Notes: generated by a model not told the origin, from the letters alone. Positions 26,242-38,059 are shown, counted from the stretch's first letter. The stretch is DNA of 64,000 bases from an uncultured Actinomycetota bacterium (GCA_963787665.1 CAWBDZ010000011.1:910774-974773), one strand, 5' to 3'. Made by a program: numbers and translations.

Positions 26242-28862
26242 TGTCCCCCGTCGTCCTCCGGCCAGACGGTCAGGTCCGGATTTCCGGCCGGTGACGGCCA
26301 GGGCTCGCCGGCCCGCGGCGGCCAGGATTCAGCAGCGGATGCCGGCCAGGATTCGTCGACTGGCGCATCAGTCGTCTCGGCGAGTTCCAGCCCGAATTGC
26401 AAGGACTGCACGAGTGCGCGAGTGTCGGCCGGATTCGGCCCATCGGGCGCCATGCCGTCACCGTTATTGGCCTCGCTCGCGATCACCTGTGCATCTCCGC
26501 TGAGGTCGCGAACGTCGGTTTTGAGCTGTGGCGCGAGGCTGGCCTGCCGGACCCGGCGCGGTAGCCATGGCTTGTTCGACTCGGTTACCGCGCTCGTCCG
26601 CCATACCGACGAGTCCGACGAGGTGGAATCATCGTCTGCCGTGACATGGCGCGTGAGCTGGCCGTTGCCCGCAGCGGGCGCAGGCTCGGCAGTGCCGTTG
26701 GCCGGTATCTCGGTCCCCATGACATCGACAGGCTGCAGGCCTGAGTCGCTATGCCGCGCGTGGGCGTCTGCGCCAACTGGCTCTCGGCCGTTGGCAACGG
26801 TCTCATGATCGGTGCCGACGTAGTCGCGGTCGTAACCGGCAGTTTCCTGGCCACTGCCGGCGGCGAGCTCGTGACCATTGCCGGGCAGCTCCCTACCGCT
26901 GCTGATCAGCTCCCGGCCGTTGCCGACGACACTCACGTCGGGCGCGACAGTTCCGCGGCCGTCGCTCACAGCCATGATCTGATGTGGCAGCAGCACGATG
27001 GCCGAGGTCCCGCCGTACGGAGACGTCCGCAACGTGGTCCTGATGTGGTGCTTGCCGGCTATCTGGCCCACCACGAACAGGCCCAGCTGGTTGCTGTTGG
27101 CGATATCGAACTCGGGCGGGTTTGCGAGCCGCTCGTTGATCGCAGCCAGCTCCTCCTCGCCGATGCCGATGCCGCGGTCGTCGATCTCCACCGCGAAACC
27201 GTTCGCCACGCGCTCGGCCCTGATAGTGACTTCGGTACTCGGCGGCGAGCATGTCGTGGCGTTCTCTATGAGCTCAGCGAGCAAGTGAATCACATCGGCC
27301 ACCGCGGACCCGATCACTGCATCCTGCGATGCACAGATCACCGCGACGCGCTTATAGTCCTCCACCTCCGCGATCGCGCCGCGCAACACGTCCATGACCG
27401 GGACGGGCTCACGCCACCCGCGCGCGGGCGTCGCGCCCGACAAAATGATGAGGCCCTCGGCGTGCCGACGCATCCGAGTCGTGAGATGGTCGAGCTGGAA
27501 CAGTTCGTCCAGCGTCTCCGGCTCGCTCGACCTGCGCTCCATCCCGTCCAGTAGCGTCAGTTGCCGGTGCAGCAGCGACTGGCTGCGCCAGGCCAGGTTG
27601 CGGAACACCTGAGCGACGCTAGCCCGCAGCCGGGCCTGGCCGACGGCCGCCTCGACGGCGGTGCGCTGCACGGACGAGAACGCCGCAGCTACCCTGGCCG
27701 TCTCCGCGATCCGCCCTTCGGCCGGCGGCGCCGCTTCGGCAGCCAGGTCCACGTCGTCGCCACGGCTCAGCCGGGCGACCACCCGCGGCAGCCTTTCCTC
27801 GGCTAGGTCTAGGGCCGCGTGTTGCAGGCCGGTGAGATCCCGGCTGATTCGGCGCCCGAATCGCACCATGAGGAAAATCGACAGTACGACGGCGAGCAGT
27901 CCGGCACCGCCCGCCAGCCCTACCTCCAAGAGCAGGCGATTACCGATCTGCGTGCCCAGGCTGGAAAGAGCAAAGCGATCTTGTACCTCAGCGGTCTCGT
28001 ATTCCTTGAACAGGGCAGAAGCGCCCAGGCCAAATGCCAGCGCACCGGGGACGGGGCGGTTACTCCCGATGCTGTCAACTATGCCTGCCTCAAGCGCCGC
28101 GAAGCGTCGATAAGCCTGCGAGGCCTGGGCGCGCTGGAAGCCGGAGCCGAGGCTGGGGTCCAGTTCCCTGAGTGCATCAGCCATCAGATACTGCCGGGTG
28201 GCGGCGGTCTGCGCGAACAGAATGCGCTCGGTCTTGCCCATCCGGCCCCCCGACAAGATGGCGCCCGTGACGAGGGTCACCTCGCGGCTGGCCAACTCCA
28301 CCGCACGCCCGGCCTCCACGCTGGCGGCCGCCTGCAGGTAGAGCGGCGTGTCGTTGACCACGACCAGATCGGCGTAGAGATTGAACTCTGCGTCTATTAT
28401 GCCGTTATAGTCCTTAAAAGCAGTAATAGCTGGGATAGTTCCCGCTTCCACCGTACGACGGATCCCGTAGAGCAATGCAAGCTGCCGGTTGAAATCCGCT
28501 AGCGCCGGCCGGGCGGTCGGCACGATCGACGGGCCGGAGGACATGCCCGTCCGCAATGAACTGACAGCCGCGTCGGTTGCCCGTTGCTGTGCCAGGTAGG
28601 CGTGATCTGAGCCGTGACGTCCGGTGCTGAGCCAGTCATACGCTTGCAACCGCTCCTGAGCCAGCTGCGAGAAAAGGCTCTGCGCCCAGCCGCCGTAGAG
28701 GCGGTCCCCGGTATTGAAGCTGTGCTCCCGGAGAGCGTTCGACACGGTGACGCTGGCGGCAAATCCCCACAGGCCAAGCAGTGAGGCGAGCGGGACGATG
28801 AAGATAGTGGTGAGCAGGACCCGGATCGACCGCTGACGCTTCCTGCGGATCTGCGGGGACAT
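26238..28862 (-). CDS. cvnA: conservon sensor histidine-kinase-like protein (CvnA-type; nitrate/nitrite-sensing-like N-domain, HAMP, HATPase_c)
   Basis: 874 aa. N-terminal TM helix, second TM + HAMP, HATPase motifs (LLAELIENATTCSP, DDRGIGIG, GLFVVGQIAGKH), and a low-complexity C-terminal tail. Confidence 0.8.
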   Translation of the reverse strand: MSPQIRRKRQRSIRVLLTTIFIVPLASLLGLWGFAASVTVSNALREHSFNTGDRLYGGWAQSLFSQLAQERLQAYDWLSTGRHGSDHAYLAQQRATDAAVSSLRTGMSSGPSIVPTARPALADFNRQLALLYGIRRTVEAGTIPAITAFKDYNGIIDAEFNLYADLVVVNDTPLYLQAAASVEAGRAVELASREVTLVTGAILSGGRMGKTERILFAQTAATRQYLMADALRELDPSLGSGFQRAQASQAYRRFAALEAGIVDSIGSNRPVPGALAFGLGASALFKEYETAEVQDRFALSSLGTQIGNRLLLEVGLAGGAGLLAVVLSIFLMVRFGRRISRDLTGLQHAALDLAEERLPRVVARLSRGDDVDLAAEAAPPAEGRIAETARVAAAFSSVQRTAVEAAVGQARLRASVAQVFRNLAWRSQSLLHRQLTLLDGMERRSSEPETLDELFQLDHLTTRMRRHAEGLIILSGATPARGWREPVPVMDVLRGAIAEVEDYKRVAVICASQDAVIGSAVADVIHLLAELIENATTCSPPSTEVTIRAERVANGFAVEIDDRGIGIGEEELAAINERLANPPEFDIANSNQLGLFVVGQIAGKHHIRTTLRTSPYGGTSAIVLLPHQIMAVSDGRGTVAPDVSVVGNGRELISSGRELPGNGHELAAGSGQETAGYDRDYVGTDHETVANGREPVGADAHARHSDSGLQPVDVMGTEIPANGTAEPAPAAGNGQLTRHVTADDDSTSSDSSVWRTSAVTESNKPWLPRRVRQASLAPQLKTDVRDLSGDAQVIASEANNGDGMAPDGPNPADTRALVQSLQFGLELAETTDAPVDESWPASAAESWPPRAGEPWPSPAGNPDLTVWPEDDGGQ

Positions 28863-29359
28863 AACTCTCCTTCTGCGGCTTCGCCCGCGGTGATTGTGTT
28901 CCGCGTGCTAGTGCTCATCGCCGAGGTTGCCCACTGCCGCCGCCCCGCGGCGATCACGCCTGGCCTCCGGGCGAAGCGCCAGGACGCAATTGCGCAACGC
29001 AAAAATGGGCGCCACCGCTGGCCAGACGGCATTGCGCCCGATTGAGGTCTTGCCATTGCTGCACATTGCACTGGGCCATTCCGCTCATACACGTTTGGTC
29101 AGTATGGAACAGGTTGAACAGCCGCAAGAAGGCTAACACCATCTGAAAAGTCTTTTGCGTCCTTTGTTGAAGAACCAGTGACCAAACAAACACCGTCTCG
29201 CCGCGGCGCATCGTGACGGCCGGAACGCCTATACCAATGCAAAGGCTGATTTTGGCGGCACGCGTACCGCGTGAGGCAGGCGTGCGACCGCCGGTACGAG
29301 ATCGGCTCCCGGAGTAGGCGGGAACGGCGGCCAAATCCGCCCGGCGGTACCTTGTCCGG

Positions 29360-30478
29360 ATGGCCACATTCATCAGCCGGCTGCCCTACAGCGGCGACGG
29401 CATCCGGCTGGCTGTGAAGGATCTCATCGACGTGGCCGGCGTACCCACAACGGCGGGCAGCCGCGCTGTGGCGCAGGCTGCCGGGCCGGCCGAGCGGGAC
29501 GCGCCCTGCATGGCCGGCGCGCGGGCCGCGGGCGCGCTGATTGTCGGCAAGGCCAACCTGTACGAGCTGGCGTTCGGCGCGTCCGGAGTGAATGAGTATT
29601 TCGGCACTCCGGTCAACCCAGTCGGTCCGGGCCTGGTCCCCGGCGGTTCGTCGAGCGGATCCGCGGTAGCCGTCGCCGCGGGCGATGCGGACGTCGCCTA
29701 CGGCTCGGACACCGGCGGCTCGATCCGGGTGCCGGCTGCGTTTTGCGGCGTGACCGGCCTGAAGACCACGCATGGCAGAATCTCGCTCGCCGGCGTCTGG
29801 CCGCTGGCACCTAGCCTGGACACAGTCGGCCCGATGGCCCGCGACGTTGCCGGCGTCGTGACCGGCATGAGATTCCTCGAGCCGGGATTCACGCTGGATG
29901 CCGCGCCTGCCGTGCGCATCGGCCGCATCCGGCCGGACGGCTACCTAGTGGACAGTGCCATCGACGACGCGGTAGATGCCGCGCTCATGCGCACGGGCGT
30001 GGCGGTGACCGAGGCCGGTTTGCCCGGCTGGCCGGCCGCCCGAGAGACCTGCGGAGTCATTCTCGACTCGGAGGCGGTCGAGTCAAACAGGTTGCTCCTG
30101 GCCGACCCTGCCCGCAAGGACATGCTAGGCGCCGAGGTGCGGTCCAGGCTCGACGCGGCTGCAACAGTGACCGCCGGGCAGCTTGCGGCAGCGCGAGCCG
30201 CGCAGCCCCGGTGGCGTGCGGCGATGGCGGCGGCCCTGCGTCAGGTTGATGTGCTCGCGCTGCCGACGGTCCCCTTCTTCCCGCCGCCGCTAGCCGAGGC
30301 AGGCGGCCACCATTACACCGCCTTCACCAACCCCGTGAATCTCGCGGGCTTCCCGGCAATCGCACTGCCAGTCCCGAGCGGCGGCCCGCTGCCCGCGAGT
30401 CTGCAGCTAATCGGACCGCCCAATAGCGAAGCGATGCTGCTCGCAACTGCTTCCGTCATTGAGTCAGCGGTCGCTTAA
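29360..30478 (+). CDS. amidase (amidase-signature family)
   Basis: AS signature [48 protein letters not shown]. Confidence 0.85.
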   Translation: MATFISRLPYSGDGIRLAVKDLIDVAGVPTTAGSRAVAQAAGPAERDAPCMAGARAAGALIVGKANLYELAFGASGVNEYFGTPVNPVGPGLVPGGSSSGSAVAVAAGDADVAYGSDTGGSIRVPAAFCGVTGLKTTHGRISLAGVWPLAPSLDTVGPMARDVAGVVTGMRFLEPGFTLDAAPAVRIGRIRPDGYLVDSAIDDAVDAALMRTGVAVTEAGLPGWPAARETCGVILDSEAVESNRLLLADPARKDMLGAEVRSRLDAAATVTAGQLAAARAAQPRWRAAMAAALRQVDVLALPTVPFFPPPLAEAGGHHYTAFTNPVNLAGFPAIALPVPSGGPLPASLQLIGPPNSEAMLLATASVIESAVA

Positions 30479-31152
30479 GGCAGCTTCCAGTCCAATGGCT
30501 GCGCGCCTTGCTGCTTGAGTAGCTGGTCCGCGTGACTGAATGGCCGGGAGCCGAAGAAGCCGCGGTCGGCCGACATCGGGCTCGGGTGCGCGGACTGAAT
30601 CGTCGGCGTGCTGCCAAGCAGCGGCGCGAGATTGCGGGCGTCGTTACCCCACAAAATGGCGACAAGCGGACCGCCGCGCTCGGCAAGCGCCCGGATCGCC
30701 TGCTCCGTCACTTGTTCCCAGCCCTTCCCGCGATGCGAGCCGGGGTTACCCGGCTGCACCGTCAGCACTCTGTTCAGCAGCATCACGCCGCGCTCGCTCC
30801 ACGGGCTGAGGTCCCCGGTCGACGGTCGCGGATACCCGAGGTCCGCGGTGTACTCCTTGAAGATGTTGACCAGGCTGCCAGGAAGGCGGCGAACCTCCGG
30901 CGCGACCGAGAAGCTAAGGCCGACGGGGTGCAGAGGTGTCGGGTACGGATCCTGGCCGACGATCAGCACTCGTACGCCGGCGAGCGGCTGACGGAACGCG
31001 CGCAAGATGTTAGCGCCGGCTGGCAGGTAACTGCGGCCCGCCGCGATCTCGGCACGCAGAAAGTCACCGAGTTCAGTGATCCGGCCTTCGACCGGCTTGA
31101 GCGCCTCTGCCCAGTCCGGTGCCACGAGGTCGGTGAGGGACCGTGCCGCCAT
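30475..31152 (-). CDS. ung: uracil-DNA glycosylase (family 1)
   Basis: GQDPYPTP water-activating loop, GVMLLN, and the HPSPMSA Leu-intercalation-loop region. Confidence 0.85.
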   Translation of the reverse strand: MAARSLTDLVAPDWAEALKPVEGRITELGDFLRAEIAAGRSYLPAGANILRAFRQPLAGVRVLIVGQDPYPTPLHPVGLSFSVAPEVRRLPGSLVNIFKEYTADLGYPRPSTGDLSPWSERGVMLLNRVLTVQPGNPGSHRGKGWEQVTEQAIRALAERGGPLVAILWGNDARNLAPLLGSTPTIQSAHPSPMSADRGFFGSRPFSHADQLLKQQGAQPLDWKLP

Positions 31153-31275
31153 GTCAGCCCACTTTAGGGGAGAGCCTCAATGGGCGGCCGGACCTTTGGG
31201 TGGCCGCGCTTGGGCACATGGGCAAATCTTGAGCTTCGCAGTTCCGACGTTCAGCATCCGTGCCAGGATTCGGCA

Positions 31276-32373
31276 ATGCGAGCGTTTACCGGACATTTTG
31301 TGAGTCAGACGGGCCAGCGGAGCGTCGCCGCGACGTTGCTCGCACTCTGCGTCGGGGGCTGCGCCATTTCGTATGCCAGCGCCACGGCGGCCCGGCAGCT
31401 GACCAAAGCGAGCGGGTCGCCCGTGCTTGCGACCCCGGTGCCAGGAGCGCCACGGTGCCCGATGTTCCCCGCGGATAATGTCTGGAATACGAACATCGCC
31501 AAGTTGCCGGTTAACAAGCACAATGCCGCCTGGCTAGCGAGCATGGACTCGGCCAGAACTTACCTGCACCCGGACTTTGGTCCTGATCCAGGCGGCTATC
31601 CGTACGGGATTCCGTACAGCATTGTCACCAGCAAGCACAGGCTGGTCAGAATCAAGTTCACCTATGCCAGCGAGAGCAACAAAGGACCGTACCCGTTTGG
31701 TCCGGATACCCGGATCGAAGGCGGCAAGAACGCGGGCGGCGACCGGCACGCGATCATGGTGAACGCCAGCACATGCACGCTCTACGAGCTGTGGGATGCC
31801 CGCTACTCGGCGAAGGGTTCCACCGCGGGGTCAGGCGCCATCTGGCACCTGAAGTCGAATGCGCTGCGGCCTGCGGGCTGGACCTCGGCCGACGCGGCCG
31901 GTTTGCCGATCCTGCCGGGATTGCTGAACTTCGCCCAGGTCCGGGCAGCGGTTCGGACCGGCCGGCCTATCACGCATGCGATCAGGTTCACCGCAGCGAC
32001 TACCAGGTCGTCTTATCTCTGGCCGGCCCGGCATCAGGCAGGCTCTGGTTTGAGCATGAGGCTGCCGCCGATGGGCGCCAGGTTCCGGCTGAAGGCAAGC
32101 TTCAAGGTGGCACGATTCTGCCGGAACTCAGCGCCGTATTGCCGTGACGCCAAGGCCGTACTGACCGAAATGAAAAACTACGGCCTGATCCTCGCCGACA
32201 ATGGCAGCAATTGGTATTTCCAGGGGAGCGCCTTTCCGCGCTGGCCGGACGCGCTCGTGTCGCTGCTCAAGGGCATCCCGGCCAGGGACTTTCAGGCAGT
32301 AGATGAATCCTGCCTCATGGCGGCGCGCAACTCCGGTGAGGCCCGGGCAAAGCCAGGCTGTCCTACCGGCTGA
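31276..32373 (+). CDS. secreted/lipoprotein-like hypothetical protein
   Basis: In-frame ATG 31276 gives MRAFTGHFVSQTGQRSVAATLLALCVGGCAISYASA (signal/lipobox-like). About 330-aa body with coding-type codon usage and no motif I can name. Confidence 0.55.
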   Translation: MRAFTGHFVSQTGQRSVAATLLALCVGGCAISYASATAARQLTKASGSPVLATPVPGAPRCPMFPADNVWNTNIAKLPVNKHNAAWLASMDSARTYLHPDFGPDPGGYPYGIPYSIVTSKHRLVRIKFTYASESNKGPYPFGPDTRIEGGKNAGGDRHAIMVNASTCTLYELWDARYSAKGSTAGSGAIWHLKSNALRPAGWTSADAAGLPILPGLLNFAQVRAAVRTGRPITHAIRFTAATTRSSYLWPARHQAGSGLSMRLPPMGARFRLKASFKVARFCRNSAPYCRDAKAVLTEMKNYGLILADNGSNWYFQGSAFPRWPDALVSLLKGIPARDFQAVDESCLMAARNSGEARAKPGCPTG

Positions 32374-32613
32374 CCAGAGGAACAACAAGGCAGGCGTCGG
32401 CCGCGTTGCCGCGGTGGCATGGGTAGTGGTTCGCGCCTGGAGTCGGGTGCGCAGCGCCGATATGTCGCGGCGCTCGACTGACTGCTCATGGTTGAGCGCC
32501 GATATCTGACGGGACGCCTTAGCCGCCTCTGAGTGCTGGACGACCGCCGTAATGATGCTGGTACCAAGGGCCGCTACCGCCAGTACGGCCACCACCGTGA
32601 GGACCTTGTACAT
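32128..32613 (-). CDS. small membrane-anchored hypothetical protein (3' end uncertain)
   Basis: N-terminus MYKVLTVVAVLAVAALGTSIITAVV plus a coiled-coil-like segment. Beyond about residue 80 the ORF runs antisense into the 31276-32373 gene, so the true stop may be missed or the gene may be shorter. Confidence 0.3.
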   Translation of the reverse strand: MYKVLTVVAVLAVAALGTSIITAVVQHSEAAKASRQISALNHEQSVERRDISALRTRLQARTTTHATAATRPTPALLFLWSAGRTAWLCPGLTGVARRHEAGFIYCLKVPGRDALEQRHERVRPARKGAPLEIPIAAIVGEDQAVVFHFGQYGLGVTAIRR

Positions 32614-32779
32614 TCTGGCCCGCCCAATTCGCCTGCAGTCGTGCTCCTAAGACGGAGCTGTCCTTTTAAGAATGGGACCGTCCCATTAGTATTCGGCCGT
32701 CACGGCGCGGCCGTTACGTCGCTGTTTGACGCGGTCCGTTCGGCGTGCCCTGGTCAGGACTGGGGGTCAGGGCCGGGGG

Positions 32780-34231
32780 TCAGGGCCGGGGACCTGGAGC
32801 GTCTCCCTGGGCGCGAGCCGCCTTCCAGGTATCAGTTCGCGCGGCGATGTAGTTCTGGAGGTCGGCCGCGGTGTGCTGATTGGCCAGCAGCGGCGCGTGC
32901 TCCAGCTGGTTCAGCGGGACCTGAAGGTCGGAGATCTGCTGGGCGTGCAGTTGAAGCAGATGCGAGACCTCGCCGGCGGCCGGGTTAGCGCCCGATGACG
33001 TGGGAGCCACGACCCCGGCTAGCGGGTCGTCGGTTCTCGGGGTGGTCAGGGTCAGAACCCCGCCGAGATCTGGCGCTGCCTGGTCGCGTGCGGTGAGGGC
33101 GGGCATTCCCCAGCGCAGCTCTATCGTCTTGAGCACGGAGGTGTGGTCGATCGGGGTGCCGCCATCCGGAATCCGGTAGATAGTGCCGGCCGGGATCAGC
33201 GGCGATACCAGCACGGCCGGCACGCGTACGCCGAACCGTTTGAAATCAAATCCGAACTCGCCGGGCGTGTTGTCTGGGGGCGTGGCACCGGCAGGCGGCG
33301 GCACGTGGTCGTAGCATCCGCCATGCTCATCGTAGCTAATGACGAGCAATGTCTGATTCCAGCCAGGACCGCTGCGAAGTGCCTGGTACACCTGCTGGAT
33401 GAATGCTTCGCCAAGCGCGACGTCATAGTTCGCATGCTGGCTGTTGCCCGTTGATCCCCAGCTCGGCTCCAGGAACGAGTAAGCGGCTAGATTCCCGGCC
33501 TGAGCATCAGCCTGAAAGTCAGCGAACTTGCCGAAGCAGGCCTCTGGCGCACTCATCGTGTCGGGGAAAGTCGCGCGAGTGAGCGCCTCAGCATCGCATC
33601 CGTACATCTTCCAGCTCACGTTGTGCGCGGCCATGAGGCCGAAGATGCTTTGCACCGTGTAAGAGCAGGTGGCGTCGTTCAAGTGGCCCTGGCTCGTGCC
33701 CGCGCAGGCGAACGCGCGGTTGGGGAAGGTCTCGGTGGGCACCGAGCTGTACCAGTGATCGCATACCGCGAAGCCGCGTGCCAACCCGGACAGGACCGGC
33801 AGAGCCGAGGGCGGGAAGATCCCCATGATCGCAGCCGGGGTCGTCCCCGCCTGGACGCTACGTCCACATCGCTGGTCGTAGCTGATCGCTGCGGCGAAAT
33901 TCGTCACGAAGCCGCCGTTGGTGGCCGCTGGCGGTACTGGCGCGCTGCCGGTGCCAAAAAGCTGCGAATTGGTATTGGCATAGCCTTCGCCTGGATCGGC
34001 GCCAGGCATGAAATAGGCACCAGGACTGGATGCGGCGATCTGGAATACGGTCACCGGCTTGCCGTCGGTGCCAATATTGAACTCGGTCCCGAGCAAGCCC
34101 TCGAAGGGCTGGCCATTCGGCCCGGTTTTGCCGGGATAAAGGAAACCCAGCATATGATCGAAGGACCGGTTTTCTAGCATCAGCTGCACGATGTGCTCGA
34201 TCTGACCGAGTTGGTTGGTTGGCATCCCCAT
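32780..34231 (-). CDS. phosphoesterase-family protein (phospholipase C / acid phosphatase AcpA-like)
   Basis: IEHIVQLMLENRSFDHMLG signature near the N-terminus and VISYDEHGGCYDHVPPP further on. In-frame ATG 34231 preferred to 34411. Confidence 0.75.
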   Translation of the reverse strand: MGMPTNQLGQIEHIVQLMLENRSFDHMLGFLYPGKTGPNGQPFEGLLGTEFNIGTDGKPVTVFQIAASSPGAYFMPGADPGEGYANTNSQLFGTGSAPVPPAATNGGFVTNFAAAISYDQRCGRSVQAGTTPAAIMGIFPPSALPVLSGLARGFAVCDHWYSSVPTETFPNRAFACAGTSQGHLNDATCSYTVQSIFGLMAAHNVSWKMYGCDAEALTRATFPDTMSAPEACFGKFADFQADAQAGNLAAYSFLEPSWGSTGNSQHANYDVALGEAFIQQVYQALRSGPGWNQTLLVISYDEHGGCYDHVPPPAGATPPDNTPGEFGFDFKRFGVRVPAVLVSPLIPAGTIYRIPDGGTPIDHTSVLKTIELRWGMPALTARDQAAPDLGGVLTLTTPRTDDPLAGVVAPTSSGANPAAGEVSHLLQLHAQQISDLQVPLNQLEHAPLLANQHTAADLQNYIAARTDTWKAARAQGDAPGPRP

Positions 34232-34573
34232 ATGCTGATGGATGTCAGCATGGATGTCAGCGTTTCTTTCAAGGATTCCGGGATAAGCGCCGCGCCATTT
34301 CCGGGCTGACCCGGATAAACCGGTGCTGGCCTGCCGCAACGCCGGGACCGGCCTGCGGGCTGTCGCCCGCGCGGCGGCTACGGTGGCCGGGCCGCCGCGG
34401 GGCATGATCACTGCGCGGGTGTCGTGGAGCTAGCATGCAGAGGGAGCAGGATGTCGCCCGTAATGAGTAAAATTGTGCGATCGGCTTGCTTGCCGGAGTG
34501 GCAGGTAGGCTGCGGAACCTGGAAGCTGACCCGCTGAGCCTGACGGCTCCAGGCAGGCAATGCGGAGGACGAG

Positions 34574-35356
34574 ATGGCGCTTCGAGAGCGGGGGCTGACC
34601 GGGCGAGCGGTGGAGTTGCCGGAGCCCTGGCGTTCGGCGGCCCTGACGATCGTGCTGCCGACCTACAACGAGGCGGCCAACCTGCCAGTGATAGTTGAGG
34701 CGCTGTTCGCGCTGCCGCTGACCGGCCTGCGGATCCTAGTGGCCGATGACAACTCGCCGGACGGCACCGGCGCCATCGCCGACGAGCTCGCAGCGAACTA
34801 TGGCGCCGACCGGATGACCGTCGTGCACCGGCCGGGCAAGCAAGGGCTCGGTCGCGCGTACGTCGATGGCATGACGCGGGCGCTGGAGGCTGGCGCGGAG
34901 TTCGTGGTCCAGATGGATAGCGACCTGTCCCACGCGCCGGAGTACCTCCCGCAGATGCTTGGCGCGCTGCTAGCCACCGACGCTGACGTTGTCATCGGCT
35001 CTCGCTACGTCTGTGGCGCCAGCCTCGCCAGCGAATGGGCGTGGCACCGCAAGGCACTGTCGGGATTCGCCAACATGTACGTGCGGGTACTGCTGCGGCT
35101 GGGCGTCCGTGACGTCACGGCCGGATTCAAGCTGTGGCGGAGCTCGGCCCTGACCGCGATCGACGTAGCCAGCGTCCGCAGTAACGGCTACAGCTTCCAG
35201 GTCGAGATGAACTACCGCAGCGTCCAGCACGGGCTGAAGATCGTCGAGGTGCCCATCCATTTCGCGGATCGGCGCGAGGGCGAGAGCAAGATGAGCCTGA
35301 AAGTACAGCTCGAATCCGCGATGATGCCGCTGTCACTGCGCCGCCGCGCCCGATAG
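34574..35356 (+). CDS. ppm1: polyprenol-phosphate mannosyltransferase (GT2, Ppm1/Dpm1-like)
   Basis: [33 protein letters not shown] (DxD region), GYSFQVE. Confidence 0.8.
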   Translation: MALRERGLTGRAVELPEPWRSAALTIVLPTYNEAANLPVIVEALFALPLTGLRILVADDNSPDGTGAIADELAANYGADRMTVVHRPGKQGLGRAYVDGMTRALEAGAEFVVQMDSDLSHAPEYLPQMLGALLATDADVVIGSRYVCGASLASEWAWHRKALSGFANMYVRVLLRLGVRDVTAGFKLWRSSALTAIDVASVRSNGYSFQVEMNYRSVQHGLKIVEVPIHFADRREGESKMSLKVQLESAMMPLSLRRRAR

Positions 35357-35385
35357 CGGGTCGCAGGGCTTCCCGAACCATGCCA

Positions 35386-35420
35386 GCGCCCCGGCGGTCA
35401 GGGACCGACCACCGGGGCGC
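35386..35420. terminator. GC-rich inverted repeat (GCGCCCCGG-N17-CCGGGGCGC) between convergent ppm1 and lon
   Basis: Perfect 9-bp arms at 35386-35394 and 35412-35420. No T-tract, which is common in high-GC actinobacteria. Confidence 0.35.
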
Positions 35421-35446
35421 CGCTCTAACCGCTCAGCGCAGCAGGG

Positions 35447-37831
35447 CTAAGCCGCCACGGCTGAGCGCGCTATTGCCGGTTCCAGCGCCAGCTGGAGCAC
35501 CTCGCGGACATCGGTGACCGCGTGGATGCTCAGCGCCTCGCGGACCTTCTCTGGCACATCCTCCAGATCCGGCTCGTTGCGCTTGGGGATCAGCACGGTA
35601 GAGATTCCGGCGCGGTGTGCGGCCAGCAGCTTCTGCTTCAGCCCGCCGATCGGCAACACCCGCCCGGTCAGCGAGACCTCGCCGGTCATCGCGACATCCG
35701 ACCTGACCAGCCGCCCCGAGAGCAGCGACGCCAGCGCCGTCGTCATCGTGACGCCCGCACTGGGGCCATCCTTTGGCACCGCACCGGCCGGTACGTGCAC
35801 ATGCACGCCGCGGTCCTTCAGGTCGCCAACCGGCAGCTCGAGTTCGGCACCATGCGAGCGCAGGTAAGACAGCGCTATCTGGGCCGACTCCTTCATCACC
35901 TCACCGAGCTGGCCGGTCAGGGTCACGCCGGTCGTGCCCGTCTCCGGGTCGGCCAGTGAGGCCTCGATGAACAGCACGTCGCCGCCGGTACCGGTGACCG
36001 CCAGGCCGGTAGCCACGCCGGGGACCGCGGTCCGCTCGGCCGACTCCGGCGTGTGCCGGGGATGGCCGAGGTAGCCGACCAGGTCGTCAGCGTCCACAGT
36101 GACCGGCGTCTGGGCGGTACCAGACTCAGCCTGCGCGGCGATCTTCCGCAGCACCCTGGCGACGGTCCGCTCCAGCGAACGGACGCCCGCCTCCCGGGTG
36201 TACTCCGCTGCGATCCGCCTGAGCGCATCGTCGGTGAAGGTCACTTCGTCGGCCTCCAGGCCCGCACGGTCCAGCTGGCGAGGCAGCAGGTGGCTGCGAG
36301 CGATCGTGACCTTCTCGTCCTCGGTGTAGCCGTCCAGCGTGAGTAGCTCCATCCGGTCGAGCAGCGGAGCCGGGATGGCGTCGGCCACGTTCGCGGTGGC
36401 GATGAACAGAACGTCGGACAGGTCCAGCTCAACCTCGAGGTAGTGATCGCGGAACGTATGGTTCTGCGCTGGGTCGAGCACCTCGAGCAGGGCCGCGGTC
36501 GGGTCGCCACGGTAGTCGGCTCCGAGTTTGTCGACTTCGTCGAGCAGGACCACTGGGTTCATGGATCCGGCCTCAGTCACAGCGCGGACGATACGGCCCG
36601 GCAGCGCGCCGACGTAGGTACGCCGGTGGCCGCGGATTTCCGCCTCATCACGGATGCCGCCGAGCGAGACCCGGGCGAACTTGCGACCCATTGCCCGGGC
36701 GACAGATTCACCGAGCGACGTCTTGCCCACGCCTGGCGGACCGGCCAGCGCGAGCACGGCGCCACTACGGCGGCCGCCGACCAGCGACAGACCGCGGTCT
36801 GATCGCCGCTTCCGAACGGCCAGGTACTCGACGATCCGGTCCTTCACGTCGTCCAGCCCGGAGTGATCGGCATCCAGCACGGCCCGCGCGCCGGTGATGT
36901 CGTAGGCATCCTCGGACCGGACGTTCCACGGCACTTCCAGCAGGGTGTCGAGCCAGGTCCGGATCCAGCCGCCCTCAGGCGATTGGTCAGAGCCGCGCTC
37001 CAGCTTGGCGGCTTCCTTCAGCGCTGCCTCGCGCACCTTCTCTGGCAGGTCGGCAGCCTCGATCCTGGCCCGGTAGTCCTCTTCCTCAGAGGCGGGCTTG
37101 CCGTCCAGCTCAGCCAGTTCCTTGCGGATGGCGGCGAGCTGCTGGCGCAGCAGGAACTCACGCTGCTGCTTCTCCATGCCCTCCTTGACGTCGTTGCTGA
37201 TGGTCTCCGCGACGTCAAGTTCGGCTAGGTGGTCACGAGCCCAGCCGACCAGCAGCTCAAGCCGCGTCTGCGGGTCCATTGTCTCCAGCAGCTGGCGGCG
37301 CTGGTCCAGGCTCAGGTAGCCGGCGTAGCCGGCGCTGTCGGCCAGCGCGGACGGATCGGTGATGCGCTGGACCACGTCGACGAACTGCCAGGCGCCGCGC
37401 TTCTGCAAGATTGCGGCTGCCAGGCCGCGGTACTCGCGGGCCAGCTCGGTGGCTTCTTTGCTCGGCTCGGGCTCGTCGATGACCTCGCCCTCGACCCACA
37501 GTGCCCGGCCGGGCCCGACGGTCCCGGTGCCGATTCGCACCCTGGCGATGCCGCGCACCACTGCCGCGTGCTCACCGCTGGGGAGACGGCCGACTTGCTC
37601 GATGACGGCCAGCGTGCCGACCGGGGAATAGCTGCCGTCCGGCCGCGGTACTAGGAGGATGTTCGCCTTGGCGTCGTCGCCCGCGGCGGCGGCCGCGAGC
37701 TGAGCCGCCTCGACCGCTGCCCGAGCGTCAGCCGCCGACAGGTCTAGCGGGACCACCATGGTCGGCAACACGACGTTGTCGTCCAGCGGCAGAACCGGTA
37801 GGGAAAGAGTCTCGGCCATGAAAAGGGTCAC
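35447..37831 (-). CDS. lon: ATP-dependent Lon protease (endopeptidase La)
   Basis: [18 protein letters not shown] Lon N-domain, Walker [21 protein letters not shown], and protease motif [14 protein letters not shown]. The start may instead be the ATG at 37819. Confidence 0.92.
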   Translation of the reverse strand: MTLFMAETLSLPVLPLDDNVVLPTMVVPLDLSAADARAAVEAAQLAAAAAGDDAKANILLVPRPDGSYSPVGTLAVIEQVGRLPSGEHAAVVRGIARVRIGTGTVGPGRALWVEGEVIDEPEPSKEATELAREYRGLAAAILQKRGAWQFVDVVQRITDPSALADSAGYAGYLSLDQRRQLLETMDPQTRLELLVGWARDHLAELDVAETISNDVKEGMEKQQREFLLRQQLAAIRKELAELDGKPASEEEDYRARIEAADLPEKVREAALKEAAKLERGSDQSPEGGWIRTWLDTLLEVPWNVRSEDAYDITGARAVLDADHSGLDDVKDRIVEYLAVRKRRSDRGLSLVGGRRSGAVLALAGPPGVGKTSLGESVARAMGRKFARVSLGGIRDEAEIRGHRRTYVGALPGRIVRAVTEAGSMNPVVLLDEVDKLGADYRGDPTAALLEVLDPAQNHTFRDHYLEVELDLSDVLFIATANVADAIPAPLLDRMELLTLDGYTEDEKVTIARSHLLPRQLDRAGLEADEVTFTDDALRRIAAEYTREAGVRSLERTVARVLRKIAAQAESGTAQTPVTVDADDLVGYLGHPRHTPESAERTAVPGVATGLAVTGTGGDVLFIEASLADPETGTTGVTLTGQLGEVMKESAQIALSYLRSHGAELELPVGDLKDRGVHVHVPAGAVPKDGPSAGVTMTTALASLLSGRLVRSDVAMTGEVSLTGRVLPIGGLKQKLLAAHRAGISTVLIPKRNEPDLEDVPEKVREALSIHAVTDVREVLQLALEPAIARSAVAA

Positions 37832-38059
37832 TTCCCGAAGCGTAGGGACTAGGTTGTTTACCTGATTACAGGGCTACAAGCAGGCTTGGAGCTTATTTGT
37901 TCCCCGGCTGGTAGAGCGTTCGCCGGGGCGGACACCAAGCCCGATCCCCGACACTGCGCCATATATCCGCTTTGTTACCGTTCTCAAAACGCTCTTTCCG
38001 AGCGGCCGATCACGGGCGACGATGGAGGCCAGGGTCCTGCCGCGTAGATATGAGGTCTG

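Noticed and set aside
30475-30478. Convergent amidase and ung genes sharing the palindrome TTAA as overlapping stop codons
   Set aside because: It is real in the sequence but a trivial consequence of compact gene packing. It is not a functional element.
32741-32790. Short direct repeat GGGGTCAGGGCC x2
   Set aside because: It spans the stop codon and 3' end of the phosphoesterase gene (32780-34231). It is only two copies and is GC-rich low complexity, so it has no independent significance.
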